Virus record (IMG/VR): IMGVR_UViG_3300048114_000266
Coordinates: 1 to 51,354 of that record
DNA: 51,354 bases
Direction: 5' to 3' (one strand)
DNA from: a virus
Of the stretch, positions 36,225 to 44,164 are shown one piece after another (the stretch's first letter is position 1; every line of letters starts with the position of its first letter). The notes under the pieces were generated by a model. It saw only the letters and a program-made list of their open reading frames with translations, did not search any database and was not told the DNA's origin. A program made the translations under genes and the position numbers.

Positions 36225-37642
36225 TCGTACCGACCCCGAAGTTCAAGGCCGCCGGTATAGTCGGGAATGTGGGCATACGCGTCGTCGACTAACGCCGTAA
36301 TCAGGTCGTCTTTGTCGGGCTGTTGGCCGACGTCGACCTTCGGGCGTTCGGCCGCTATGACTTTCAGCGCGTTATACGGCAAGAAGCCGTCGTCGTCGGC
36401 CGCGTCGAAGGCTTCGCGACGGTCTTGCACGGGAATGTCTCCGCGCCCGAATTCGATTCGAAGGTCGGGACCGTCGTCGTTCAGTACGTCAGCGTGGTGG
36501 GGGCCGTCGTCTTCGTCGTCGGCGTATTCGTGGTTTGCGTCGGGGCCGACACGCGGGTCGTGTTCTTCCCAATTGTCGACGCCAATCCACATGTCGCACG
36601 GCTTGCAGTAGCGTTGCGCCCCAGCGTCAGATAGTTGGCCGTGGTTAACGCGGGCACCATTCGAAGTTTCGCCGGGTGGCCCGCCGCTATCCGTGTCGGT
36701 ATCCGCTCCCCGTTCGGCCAAGTCGTCGGCGACGTCGGCGTCGGTCGCGTCTTCTTCTTGCATGTCGATTTGTTCGGCCGCGCTTTCCGATTCGGGGTCG
36801 GGTTCGTCGTCGGGAAGCGCGTCGTCGACGTCACCGCCGTCGATATAGTCGACGCCGTCGTCGGGTTCGTGGTCGGCTAAGGCCGTCTGATTCGGGTCGT
36901 GACGTGGGTCGTCTTCGCTGATTGGGTCGCCGGGTTCGACTATGTCGACGTCGTCGCGAACGGTGTCGTAGTCTTCGGCCCACCCCGGCACGTCCGGGTC
37001 TTCTTCGGTCGCTTCGGTGCCCGTCGTGAACACGTTCCGCGTCACGTAGGCGTAGCCGATAATCGCGGGGCGACTGTCGCCCGCGCCGTTCGGGTGAATG
37101 ACCCACACGCGGGTACGAAGCGGTTCGATAACGGGCGGCGGATTGCTGTCGGAAACGGGGATTTTGAGGTTCAGCCCACGGTCCCGACATTCTTCGATAT
37201 AGTCTTCGGGCGTTTCCCAATTGGTCGCGCCGACCGACATTAGGACGTCGTGGGACCGGGCCGACGTTATGTCGGCGTAGTGGTCGCCGTCGAAGCCGTA
37301 CCGCGACAGACGGTCGAAGTGGTCGGGAATGTCTTCGCCGGGCGTGGTCGTGTTCCCGTCGGCGTGATAGTGGGCCGCGAACGAATTGCCGGGGAATGCT
37401 TTCCACCCCGGAATAATCGCCCCGCGCCCCGTGTGTTCGCGGTATTCGACGGGTTCGTCTAATTCCACGAAGCGCGGTATCTCCCCACCTTCGGCCGACA
37501 GCGCGGCGACGTCGCTACGAATGTAGCATGATTGTGGCTTTAGGTGGCCGCAACCACGTTCCCGGTTATCTATGCTTTCGCGTTCGTCGCCGTCGGTCGC
37601 CTTGCCTAAGACTTCGTCGACGGCGTCGGTTAGTGTCGTCAT
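36221..37642 (-). CDS. Large acidic protein with a C-terminal motif shared with the TFB-like protein
   Basis: ATG at 37642 within ORF track 36221..37651; C-terminus PYNALKVIAAERPKVDVGQQPDKDDLITALVDDAY. Confidence 0.55.
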   Translation of the reverse strand: MTTLTDAVDEVLGKATDGDERESIDNRERGCGHLKPQSCYIRSDVAALSAEGGEIPRFVELDEPVEYREHTGRGAIIPGWKAFPGNSFAAHYHADGNTTTPGEDIPDHFDRLSRYGFDGDHYADITSARSHDVLMSVGATNWETPEDYIEECRDRGLNLKIPVSDSNPPPVIEPLRTRVWVIHPNGAGDSRPAIIGYAYVTRNVFTTGTEATEEDPDVPGWAEDYDTVRDDVDIVEPGDPISEDDPRHDPNQTALADHEPDDGVDYIDGGDVDDALPDDEPDPESESAAEQIDMQEEDATDADVADDLAERGADTDTDSGGPPGETSNGARVNHGQLSDAGAQRYCKPCDMWIGVDNWEEHDPRVGPDANHEYADDEDDGPHHADVLNDDGPDLRIEFGRGDIPVQDRREAFDAADDDGFLPYNALKVIAAERPKVDVGQQPDKDDLITALVDDAYAHIPDYTGGLELRGRYE

Positions 37643-37700
37643 GGTTCGCACCTTGCGACCTATCGTTTCGTCGTAGGGGGTAAAAGCGTGTCGGTAATAT
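37643..37700 (-). promoter_or_regulatory. Promoter-leader cassette (variant)
   Basis: ggtgcgaacc box directly abuts ATG 37642; accgacacgc-TTTTAcc and TATATTA lie further upstream. Confidence 0.45.
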
Positions 37701-37840
37701 ACTGTTTGGTTTGATTGTCCTACGCTTCGACAGTCGGGGAGCGTGACGAAGCGCGTGTGCGCCCCGTGACGGGGTTCGGTGGTCGGTGGGTAGTGTAGGG
37801 CGTAGAAGAAGGCGGGCGTGCGTGCGGCGTGCGTGGCCGC

Positions 37841-39358
37841 CTATTCGTCGTCGTAGTCGACGCCGGGGAGGTTCGTTAGGTTCCACCCGTTCGACGACAT
37901 GCCCGTCCCGGCCGAATGCGTGTCGTCGCACGACGGGCACGAAAGACCCAGCGACCGACTGACTTCCGTGCGGCGGCCGGCCGAATAGTGGGACGTGCGT
38001 AGCATGGGAACCTTGTCAGCGCCACACGTCGGGCACGTCGACAGCGCGTCGAAGACGTCGCGACCCTTGTCCGTGGCGACCCACGCCGCGTCGGGGTCGT
38101 CGACGTCGGTATCGCGGTCGTCGGCGCGGGCAATCAGCCCCGTGTCTTCGGCGTCGCGTAGCACCGTGCGGAAGTAGCGGAACTTGTGGGCGAACCCCTT
38201 CGGGCGGCGTAGTCCCGTGCCGGGCTTTCCCGTGTCGCCGCGCCCCGTCGAAACGCGACCTTGTTCGCCGGTCTTGACCGGGCCGACGTCTTCGGGGTCG
38301 ACTTCGTCGTCGCTGTCGAACATGCCGCCGTCGGTCGCGGCGTCGACGCCCGCCACGTAGTTGCCCCAGTAAATCACGTCGCGAAGAAGCGACGTGATAT
38401 GATTCGCGTCGAAGGACTTGTGTTCAGACATGCGCGCTTCGACGTCGTCGGGAAGGTCGGCGTCGTCGACCGACCACACGGTCGCGCCTTCGCACGACGG
38501 GCACACGTCGCCGAAGTGTTCGTGCGTCTTCTTGGCCGGCGTTTCCCATTCGTCGCCGCAACGGGAGCATTCGAACGTGTCGACGTAGGCTTCGGCGGTC
38601 TTGTTCATGTCGTCGTCGTATTCCGGGCTGACGTGGGCCTTGTCGTTCACCGCGCCGACGTATTTCTCAAGCGCAAGCGTGCGAACGACGTTCGCGAACG
38701 TCGTCAAGTCGTCGTCTTCGTAGTCGTCGACCTTCGCTTCCCATTCGTCGACGTCTTCGAAGTCAGTCGACACGCCGTCGTCGGGAATAGTGGCGCGGTA
38801 GAAGGTCGGCGCGTCGGCGTCGGTCGGGTCGACGTCGTCGCGGTCGGTCATGCGGCGGCCGACGACGACTTCGAAGGGGCAATCGTCTTCCGGGCACGTA
38901 TGCCGCGCCGTGTGGTCGTCGTCATATTCGGCTTCGTGGCCGCCGTGAACGGGGCACGTCACGCGGCCGGCGAACGATAGCGATTCGACGGGCGCGTCGC
39001 GGTCGTAGGATTCGACCACCTTGTGAACGATTTGGCCATCTTCGACCGTCGTGTGCGTGTTCCGTTCGTGGCGGACCATGAACGTCGTGTCGCTGTCGCT
39101 GACGTGACGAAGGTAGTGGTCACGGTCGCCGTGTTCGTCGTCAAGCACCGCGTCGACGGTGACTTCGCCGCCGTCAGCGACGGCGTTCCGGGCGCGGAAT
39201 TCAGCGATTGCGGCTTCGGCGTTGGCCCGAAGCGTGTCGACGGCCGGGGCGTCGTCGGGGAGGTTCGCCGCGACGGGGGCGACTTCGTTAATGTAGGCCG
39301 CAAGGCGGGCGGTCGAAAACCGTTCGACGTCGACGTCGGCTTCGGTGGTTTCGGTCAT
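37841..39358 (-). CDS. Large hypothetical protein with several Cys pairs
   Basis: ATG at 39358 within ORF track 37841..39370; begins MTETTEADVDV; motifs CPVHGG, CSRCGDE, CPSCEG, CPTCGAD. Confidence 0.6.
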   Translation of the reverse strand: MTETTEADVDVERFSTARLAAYINEVAPVAANLPDDAPAVDTLRANAEAAIAEFRARNAVADGGEVTVDAVLDDEHGDRDHYLRHVSDSDTTFMVRHERNTHTTVEDGQIVHKVVESYDRDAPVESLSFAGRVTCPVHGGHEAEYDDDHTARHTCPEDDCPFEVVVGRRMTDRDDVDPTDADAPTFYRATIPDDGVSTDFEDVDEWEAKVDDYEDDDLTTFANVVRTLALEKYVGAVNDKAHVSPEYDDDMNKTAEAYVDTFECSRCGDEWETPAKKTHEHFGDVCPSCEGATVWSVDDADLPDDVEARMSEHKSFDANHITSLLRDVIYWGNYVAGVDAATDGGMFDSDDEVDPEDVGPVKTGEQGRVSTGRGDTGKPGTGLRRPKGFAHKFRYFRTVLRDAEDTGLIARADDRDTDVDDPDAAWVATDKGRDVFDALSTCPTCGADKVPMLRTSHYSAGRRTEVSRSLGLSCPSCDDTHSAGTGMSSNGWNLTNLPGVDYDDE

Positions 39359-39420
39359 AGTGGTTCGCACCTACTACCCACTAACAGGGCTACGGTAATA
39401 AAGGTGTCGGCGTTGCACCA
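39359..39420 (-). promoter_or_regulatory. Promoter-leader cassette
   Basis: Gene-strand cgccgacacc-TTTATTA-ccgtagccctgttagtgggtagtaggtgcgaaccact-ATG. Confidence 0.6.
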
Positions 39421-39441
39421 CGGGTTAGGTATTGCCTGATT

Positions 39442-39458
39442 GGTATATTAGCGACATA
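39442..39458 (+). promoter_or_regulatory. BRE/TATA-like promoter of the TFB-like gene
   Basis: cgacatac-TTTTATG about 35 nt upstream of ATG 39489. Confidence 0.45.
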
Positions 39459-39488
39459 CTTTTATGCCGGTCGGCGGTACGTGTCGGT

Positions 39489-40538
39489 ATGGAAACGGAA
39501 CCAGATACCGACGCGACCGACCGGATTCGTTCGATTGCCGAACGGGTCGGGTTCGACGACAGTATCGGCGACTTGGCTACCCAAGTGTTCACGAACGCCG
39601 TCGAAGAAGGCGTCGTCACCGCCGTCGTCGACCGCGACGAAAGCGGTCGCTTCGAAGGTGAAACGCGGAACTACCCGGCGGCCGCATACCCGGCGGCCGT
39701 GTATGCCGCCGCGCGGATTCGTGACATTCCGACCAAGCCGTCCGAAGTCGCTGACGCGGCCGACGTCGACGCTGACGTCGACGCTGTCGGTGACTATTAC
39801 AAGGACATGCTTGGGGCGCTACCCTACACCGTCGAACCGGAAGACCCGGTCGATTGGGTGCGCCGGCTTTGCGACGACTTGGACGTGTCCCCCGGCTTCG
39901 AAACCGACGCCGTCGACTTGTGCGGCGACGCTGTCGGTGCGAACCTGCATAACGGCAAGGCCGTGTCCGGGTTCGCCGCCGCCGTCGTCTACGCGACGTC
40001 GGAATATCGCGACGCTGACGTCGGGCAAGACCGTATCGCCGAAGTCGCCGACGTGTCGCCCGTGACGATTCGGAACCAGTACCGCGACGTCTTGGAATTG
40101 TGGGAACGGGCGGCCGAACCGGGCGACCCCGACGTGATTCGGGCCGCCGTTAACGACGTGTGTGACCGTATCGACGGGCTTCCCTCCCGCGTGCGGGCCG
40201 ACGTCGCCGACCTTGCCGCCGACGCTATCGACGCCGACGCCGACTTCGTCAGTAACACCGACCCCGACGGCGTGGCGGCCGGTATCGTCTACGTGGCGGC
40301 GAAAGACGCCCGCGTCGACGTCAGTCAAACCGAAGTCGCTGACGTCGCGGGCGTGTCGAAGTCGACCGTCGTGAACCGGGTAAACGACGTCCGCGATTGG
40401 CGGCGTCGGAAGGACTTCGAAGCGAAGGAATACAATACGCTAAAGCAAATCGCGGCCGACCACGGCGTCGACGTCGGGCAACAGCCCGAACGCCCCTATC
40501 TTATCGACCGCTTAGTCGAAGCGGGTGTCGACGCATGA
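39489..40538 (+). CDS. TFB/TFIIB-core-like transcription factor with no N-terminal zinc ribbon
   Basis: First ATG of ORF track 39432..40538. SGFAAAVVYATSEYRDADVGQDRIAEVADVSPVTIRNQYRDVLEL closely follows the pattern I recall for the second cyclin repeat and HTH of archaeal TFB; two further similar modules are present. The N-terminus has no Cys pairs. Confidence 0.6.
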   Translation: METEPDTDATDRIRSIAERVGFDDSIGDLATQVFTNAVEEGVVTAVVDRDESGRFEGETRNYPAAAYPAAVYAAARIRDIPTKPSEVADAADVDADVDAVGDYYKDMLGALPYTVEPEDPVDWVRRLCDDLDVSPGFETDAVDLCGDAVGANLHNGKAVSGFAAAVVYATSEYRDADVGQDRIAEVADVSPVTIRNQYRDVLELWERAAEPGDPDVIRAAVNDVCDRIDGLPSRVRADVADLAADAIDADADFVSNTDPDGVAAGIVYVAAKDARVDVSQTEVADVAGVSKSTVVNRVNDVRDWRRRKDFEAKEYNTLKQIAADHGVDVGQQPERPYLIDRLVEAGVDA

Positions 40539-40945
40539 ACGGCAAGAAGCGCGTCGAAGTCGAATTTATCGACCCCGACGAAGGCGGGTTTAGCATGACG
40601 TCGGGGGCGTCGCCGTCGGCGGCCGAATATGACACGGTGTCCGTCGAATTCGAATTGCACGAACTTGAACGGGTCCGCGACCGTGTCTTCGACGTAATAG
40701 CCGCCGCCCATTCGGATAACAAGCGTGTCGCTGGGGTCGTCGTCGGCGTTCGCGAATACCTTCGGCTATACGCGCTTATCAGTCACGAAATGGGCGACAC
40801 GTCAGCCCCAGCGACGAAGGCGCACGTCGAAGACCTAATCGGGCGTCCCGTGACGGTCGTCGGCGGGTCGACCGTCAGCGTCGAATACGAAGACGACGAC
40901 GGGCGTCTTGCCGAACACGTCTTCGAAATGGGTGGTCGCGAATGA
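40535..40945 (+). CDS. Hypothetical protein
   Basis: Internal ATG at 40535 of ORF track 40397..40945; ATGA overlap with the TFB-like gene stop. Confidence 0.5.
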   Translation: MNGKKRVEVEFIDPDEGGFSMTSGASPSAAEYDTVSVEFELHELERVRDRVFDVIAAAHSDNKRVAGVVVGVREYLRLYALISHEMGDTSAPATKAHVEDLIGRPVTVVGGSTVSVEYEDDDGRLAEHVFEMGGRE

Positions 40946-41217
40946 CCGACATGCCGCCCATGCCGACGGCTACCGAAGCGGTGACTATCGAAGTCGACGA
41001 CCCGACCGACCCCGAAGCGTATGCGCGTGCCGCGTACCGGGCGCAAGCGTCGGCCATGATTACCGAAATGATGTATGGCCATTCCGCGATAACTGTCGAC
41101 GACGACGGTATTCACGTCGCTGTCGGCGTCGAAAGCCTTCCGGGGACCGACACCGACACCTACGGGAAAGCACCGATTGAAGCCATTCGGGAGCAAAGGG
41201 GTGAATCGAATGACTGA
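40942..41217 (+). CDS. Small hypothetical protein
   Basis: ORF track, 91 aa; ATGA overlap. Confidence 0.45.
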   Translation: MTDMPPMPTATEAVTIEVDDPTDPEAYARAAYRAQASAMITEMMYGHSAITVDDDGIHVAVGVESLPGTDTDTYGKAPIEAIREQRGESND

Positions 41218-41878
41218 CGAAGACGATATTCCGACGGTCGACGTCGACGACCTTCCCGAAGGCGCGTTAGACAATATCGACGTCGCGACAGTCGGGGACA
41301 CCGACCGCTTCCCGCCCGACATGTCCGTCGAAGACTTCAGCGACCCGAATGAATCGCTTGTTCGGTCGTTCGACGACGATATTGCCAAGGCGGTTCAGTC
41401 CGCCGTGTGGCATACGATTGTCGACGGCGCGGGGCACGAAGCCTTCGTCGACGACCTAACGGCCGAATCCATGCGCGACGCTATCGAACGGCTTCAGTCG
41501 AACGGCTTCGCGACCGAACGACTGTCGGCGACCGACGTTTGGGGAGAAAGTGACGGCCGGCCGTCGGGCGCGGCGTTTTTCATGGGTGACGACGTCGCTG
41601 ACGACTTCGAAGACGTCGTCGACGAATGGGTGCGAATCGACGACGGTGACGACGCCGACGACTTTGACCGTGTGAAGTTCGACGGCTACCTTGCCGAACG
41701 GGTCGAAGACGGACTTCCGTCGCACCTTGTCGTCTTGGTCGACGTCGACGCAATCGCCCGCGTGCCGCCCCACGCCCGTCACGTTCCGGTCGGATTGGAT
41801 ACGACCCCCAGCGTATCCTCCCCGATTGTCGTCGCCCAAGAAGACGGTATCGCCGTGATTAACGTCGCCCAACAGTAG
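41210..41878 (+). CDS. Hypothetical acidic protein
   Basis: Internal ATG at 41210 of ORF track 41177..41878; begins MTDEDDIP. Confidence 0.5.
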   Translation: MTDEDDIPTVDVDDLPEGALDNIDVATVGDTDRFPPDMSVEDFSDPNESLVRSFDDDIAKAVQSAVWHTIVDGAGHEAFVDDLTAESMRDAIERLQSNGFATERLSATDVWGESDGRPSGAAFFMGDDVADDFEDVVDEWVRIDDGDDADDFDRVKFDGYLAERVEDGLPSHLVVLVDVDAIARVPPHARHVPVGLDTTPSVSSPIVVAQEDGIAVINVAQQ

Positions 41879-41892
41879 CGTAAGCGAACCCT

Positions 41893-42309
41893 ATGACAGC
41901 ACTACAAGACTTTGCGGAATGGTTCAAGGCGCGGGAAACGAAAATCGAAGCGTGGTATAGCGACGGCGTCGGCCGCTTCGCGTTCCGCGTGACCGTCGAC
42001 GGCCAAGCGTTCGTATGTGCGGCCCGGTCGTCGCCACCGAAGGACGGGAAGACGTCGATAATGGCCCGTGTCGCGGGGAAGGCGCAAACGTCAGACGCGC
42101 TTATCGCCCTTCGATTGCCGGGCGGGATTCGTGTCTTCGACCCGGTGACGGTCTTGGATACCGGGGAGCGTGACACGCCCGCCCAATCCGACCGTCGCGA
42201 ACGCGACGAATCATGGGTCGCGGTCGACCTATCCGTCGCTTGCACGTTCAGCGAATGGTACGACGGTGACGCGAAGCCGCTTCGGTTCGCCGACGTCACC
42301 GAAGCCTAA
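41893..42309 (+). CDS. Hypothetical protein
   Basis: ORF track, 138 aa; a short gcgaaccct leader precedes the ATG. Confidence 0.5.
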   Translation: MTALQDFAEWFKARETKIEAWYSDGVGRFAFRVTVDGQAFVCAARSSPPKDGKTSIMARVAGKAQTSDALIALRLPGGIRVFDPVTVLDTGERDTPAQSDRRERDESWVAVDLSVACTFSEWYDGDAKPLRFADVTEA

Positions 42310-42338
42310 GATTCGCGAACGCCGGGAAAGATTCAGTC

Positions 42339-42351
42339 CTTTTTGTTTTTT
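42339..42351 (+). terminator. Oligo-T tract, candidate archaeal transcription terminator
   Basis: ccTTTTTgTTTTTTc about 30 nt downstream of the stop of 41893..42309. Confidence 0.45.
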
Positions 42352-42431
42352 CACGCTGACGACGTAGGAGTATGACGGGGTCGTAGCCACCGGCTAACGA
42401 CCCCGTTAGTGTAGGTCTAAGCGTTTGTGTT

Positions 42432-42485
42432 GTTACTACTACACTACACTACACTACTACTAACTAACACTATACTACTACACGA
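42432..42485. repeat. AT-rich low-complexity ACTAC pentanucleotide tract
   Basis: ttactactacactacactacactactactaactaacactatactactacac, immediately upstream of the promoter of the 42535 gene. Confidence 0.7.
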
Positions 42486-42493
42486 CCACTTAA

Positions 42494-42506
42494 CCGACAC
42501 TTATTT
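42494..42506 (+). promoter_or_regulatory. BRE/TATA-like promoter of the regulator gene
   Basis: ccgacac-TTATTT about 30 nt upstream of ATG 42535. Confidence 0.5.
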
Positions 42507-42534
42507 GCAGTTAGTGGTCTTTTGGTGGTCTTGC

Positions 42535-43191
42535 ATGTCGAAAGACGGTTTGGTGCGACTTCCCCGAATCAGCGAATCGCTCCGTGACGAATTCCGCGAC
42601 GACGTCGAAGACCGCTTCGGAACGGTACGCGGTCACTACCGTTCGGAAGTCGAAAAAGCCCTTCGTGAATACCTGAACGGGTCGCACGGCGGGGATACTG
42701 ACGACCGCCTTCGCCGGTTAGAAAACGCGGTCGAACGTATCGACGAACGAACCGCCGCCCTACACGCTGACGAATCGGGAAAAAACAAAAAGGATTCAGA
42801 CGTTTCCCCCACGACCCAAAATCGGATTGAATCAATCCGTGACCGTGTCGAACGCGAATCGGGAACCGGCCCCGTTCACGAAGCGGTCGTGCGGCAAGCA
42901 ATCGAAGACGTCGCCGGCCATAGTGACCCGACCATTCGGCGGTACATGCAAATGCTTACCGATAGGGAAATACTGTATCCCCACCCGAACCGCGACACGA
43001 AGTTCGTTTACGGGGAAGAAGAATATGCGTGCATGATTCAAAGCATGGCCGAATCGGGAGCAATCACCGAAAGCGAATATTGGGACGTCGTCACCGGCAT
43101 GGGCGGCGAAAACGACTTCCGCAATATCTTGGAACGCGCCGGCTACGACGACGGCGGTGACGACAAGCCCGCCGGTCGAACCTTTCAGTAG
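42535..43191 (+). CDS. Putative DNA-binding regulator (N-terminal RHH-like, C-terminal winged-helix-like)
   Basis: Internal ATG at 42535 of ORF track 42427..43191. N-terminus LVRLPRISESLRDEFRDDVEDRFG fits a strand-helix-helix pattern; C-terminus HEAVVRQAIEDVAGHSDPTIRRYMQMLTDREILYP fits a winged helix. Confidence 0.5.
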   Translation: MSKDGLVRLPRISESLRDEFRDDVEDRFGTVRGHYRSEVEKALREYLNGSHGGDTDDRLRRLENAVERIDERTAALHADESGKNKKDSDVSPTTQNRIESIRDRVERESGTGPVHEAVVRQAIEDVAGHSDPTIRRYMQMLTDREILYPHPNRDTKFVYGEEEYACMIQSMAESGAITESEYWDVVTGMGGENDFRNILERAGYDDGGDDKPAGRTFQ

Positions 43192-43228
43192 CGACACGCA
43201 CTTGCCGACCGTTCCCGTTAGTTAGGCC

Positions 43229-43729
43229 ATGTCTTCCGCGAAGGGCGATAGGTGGGAACGGCATTACGTGAACGCGCTTAGTGCCGACGACCCCGACGAC
43301 GATAGCGACGACGTCGAACGGGTCGGTATCGACGACTTCGCGTTAGTCGAACCGTTCACGGCGTTACGCCTTCCCGCTTCCGGCGCGGGGCGTTCCGCCG
43401 ACCTTCCCGACATTCATGCGTGGCTTTGCCCCGACGCCCATACAGTCCGACAGTACGCCGCCGAATCGAAGGCGGGGGCCGACCGGGTGTATTTGGATAA
43501 CGACGAAGTAGACGCGCTTGTGCGCTACGCTGACGACACGGGGGCGACGCCGGTCGTGTTCGTTCATATCGACCACGAACACGCACATGACGACTTAGGC
43601 GGCGATTACGTCGTCGCTATTGACGAACTACATTCGACAGCGTCGGGCTACACGTTCACGAAGACCCGCGACGCCCCGACAGCCCGGACGTTCGCCGAAT
43701 GGGTCGACGACCCCCAATCGGTCGCTTAG
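43229..43729 (+). CDS. hjc: Holliday junction resolvase (Hjc-like)
   Basis: ORF track, 166 aa. GDRWERHYVNAL ... LRLPASGAGRS ... PDIHAW ... AAESKAG ... VYLDNDEVDALVRYADDTGATPVVFVHI follows the pattern I recall for archaeal Hjc (G.xFER ... SGS ... PD ... E.K ... Y ... P..AV). Confidence 0.55.
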   Translation: MSSAKGDRWERHYVNALSADDPDDDSDDVERVGIDDFALVEPFTALRLPASGAGRSADLPDIHAWLCPDAHTVRQYAAESKAGADRVYLDNDEVDALVRYADDTGATPVVFVHIDHEHAHDDLGGDYVVAIDELHSTASGYTFTKTRDAPTARTFAEWVDDPQSVA

Positions 43730-44160
43730 TCGCCACGGTCGCGGTCGCTTCGTCCCTCCCGATACAGGTTCGGCCGGTCAAGGTCGACCCCAAGTTCTTC
43801 GGCGATTGCCGCTTGGTTAGAAATAGACACTTCTTGGCGGCGTTCCATTTTCCGAACGTCGCCGTGTATGTCTTCGACTTCGTCGCGAAGGTCGGCGTGC
43901 ATTTCTTCGAATTCTTCGCGTAGTTCCGTGTTCGCTTCGTCAAGGCGGTCGAACCGACTTTCTGAATCGGCAAGGTGGCCGTCCGACGTCGGGTCGTCTT
44001 CGTCGCCGAAGACGCGCCGATACACCGGGACCGCGAAGGTAAAGTGCCGTCTGACTAACCACGCCACGACGACCACAAGGCCGCCTAAGACGAACGTCAC
44101 CGCCCAAAGCCCCAGCGACGACGGCGCAATCGGGCCGACTTGCAGTAGTGTCGACGTCAT
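43726..44160 (-). CDS. Membrane-anchored coiled-coil protein, last gene of the tail operon
   Basis: ORF track, 144 aa; N-terminal hydrophobic helix, then charged helical region. Confidence 0.5.
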   Translation of the reverse strand: MTSTLLQVGPIAPSSLGLWAVTFVLGGLVVVVAWLVRRHFTFAVPVYRRVFGDEDDPTSDGHLADSESRFDRLDEANTELREEFEEMHADLRDEVEDIHGDVRKMERRQEVSISNQAAIAEELGVDLDRPNLYREGRSDRDRGD

Positions 44161-44164
44161 AGTA

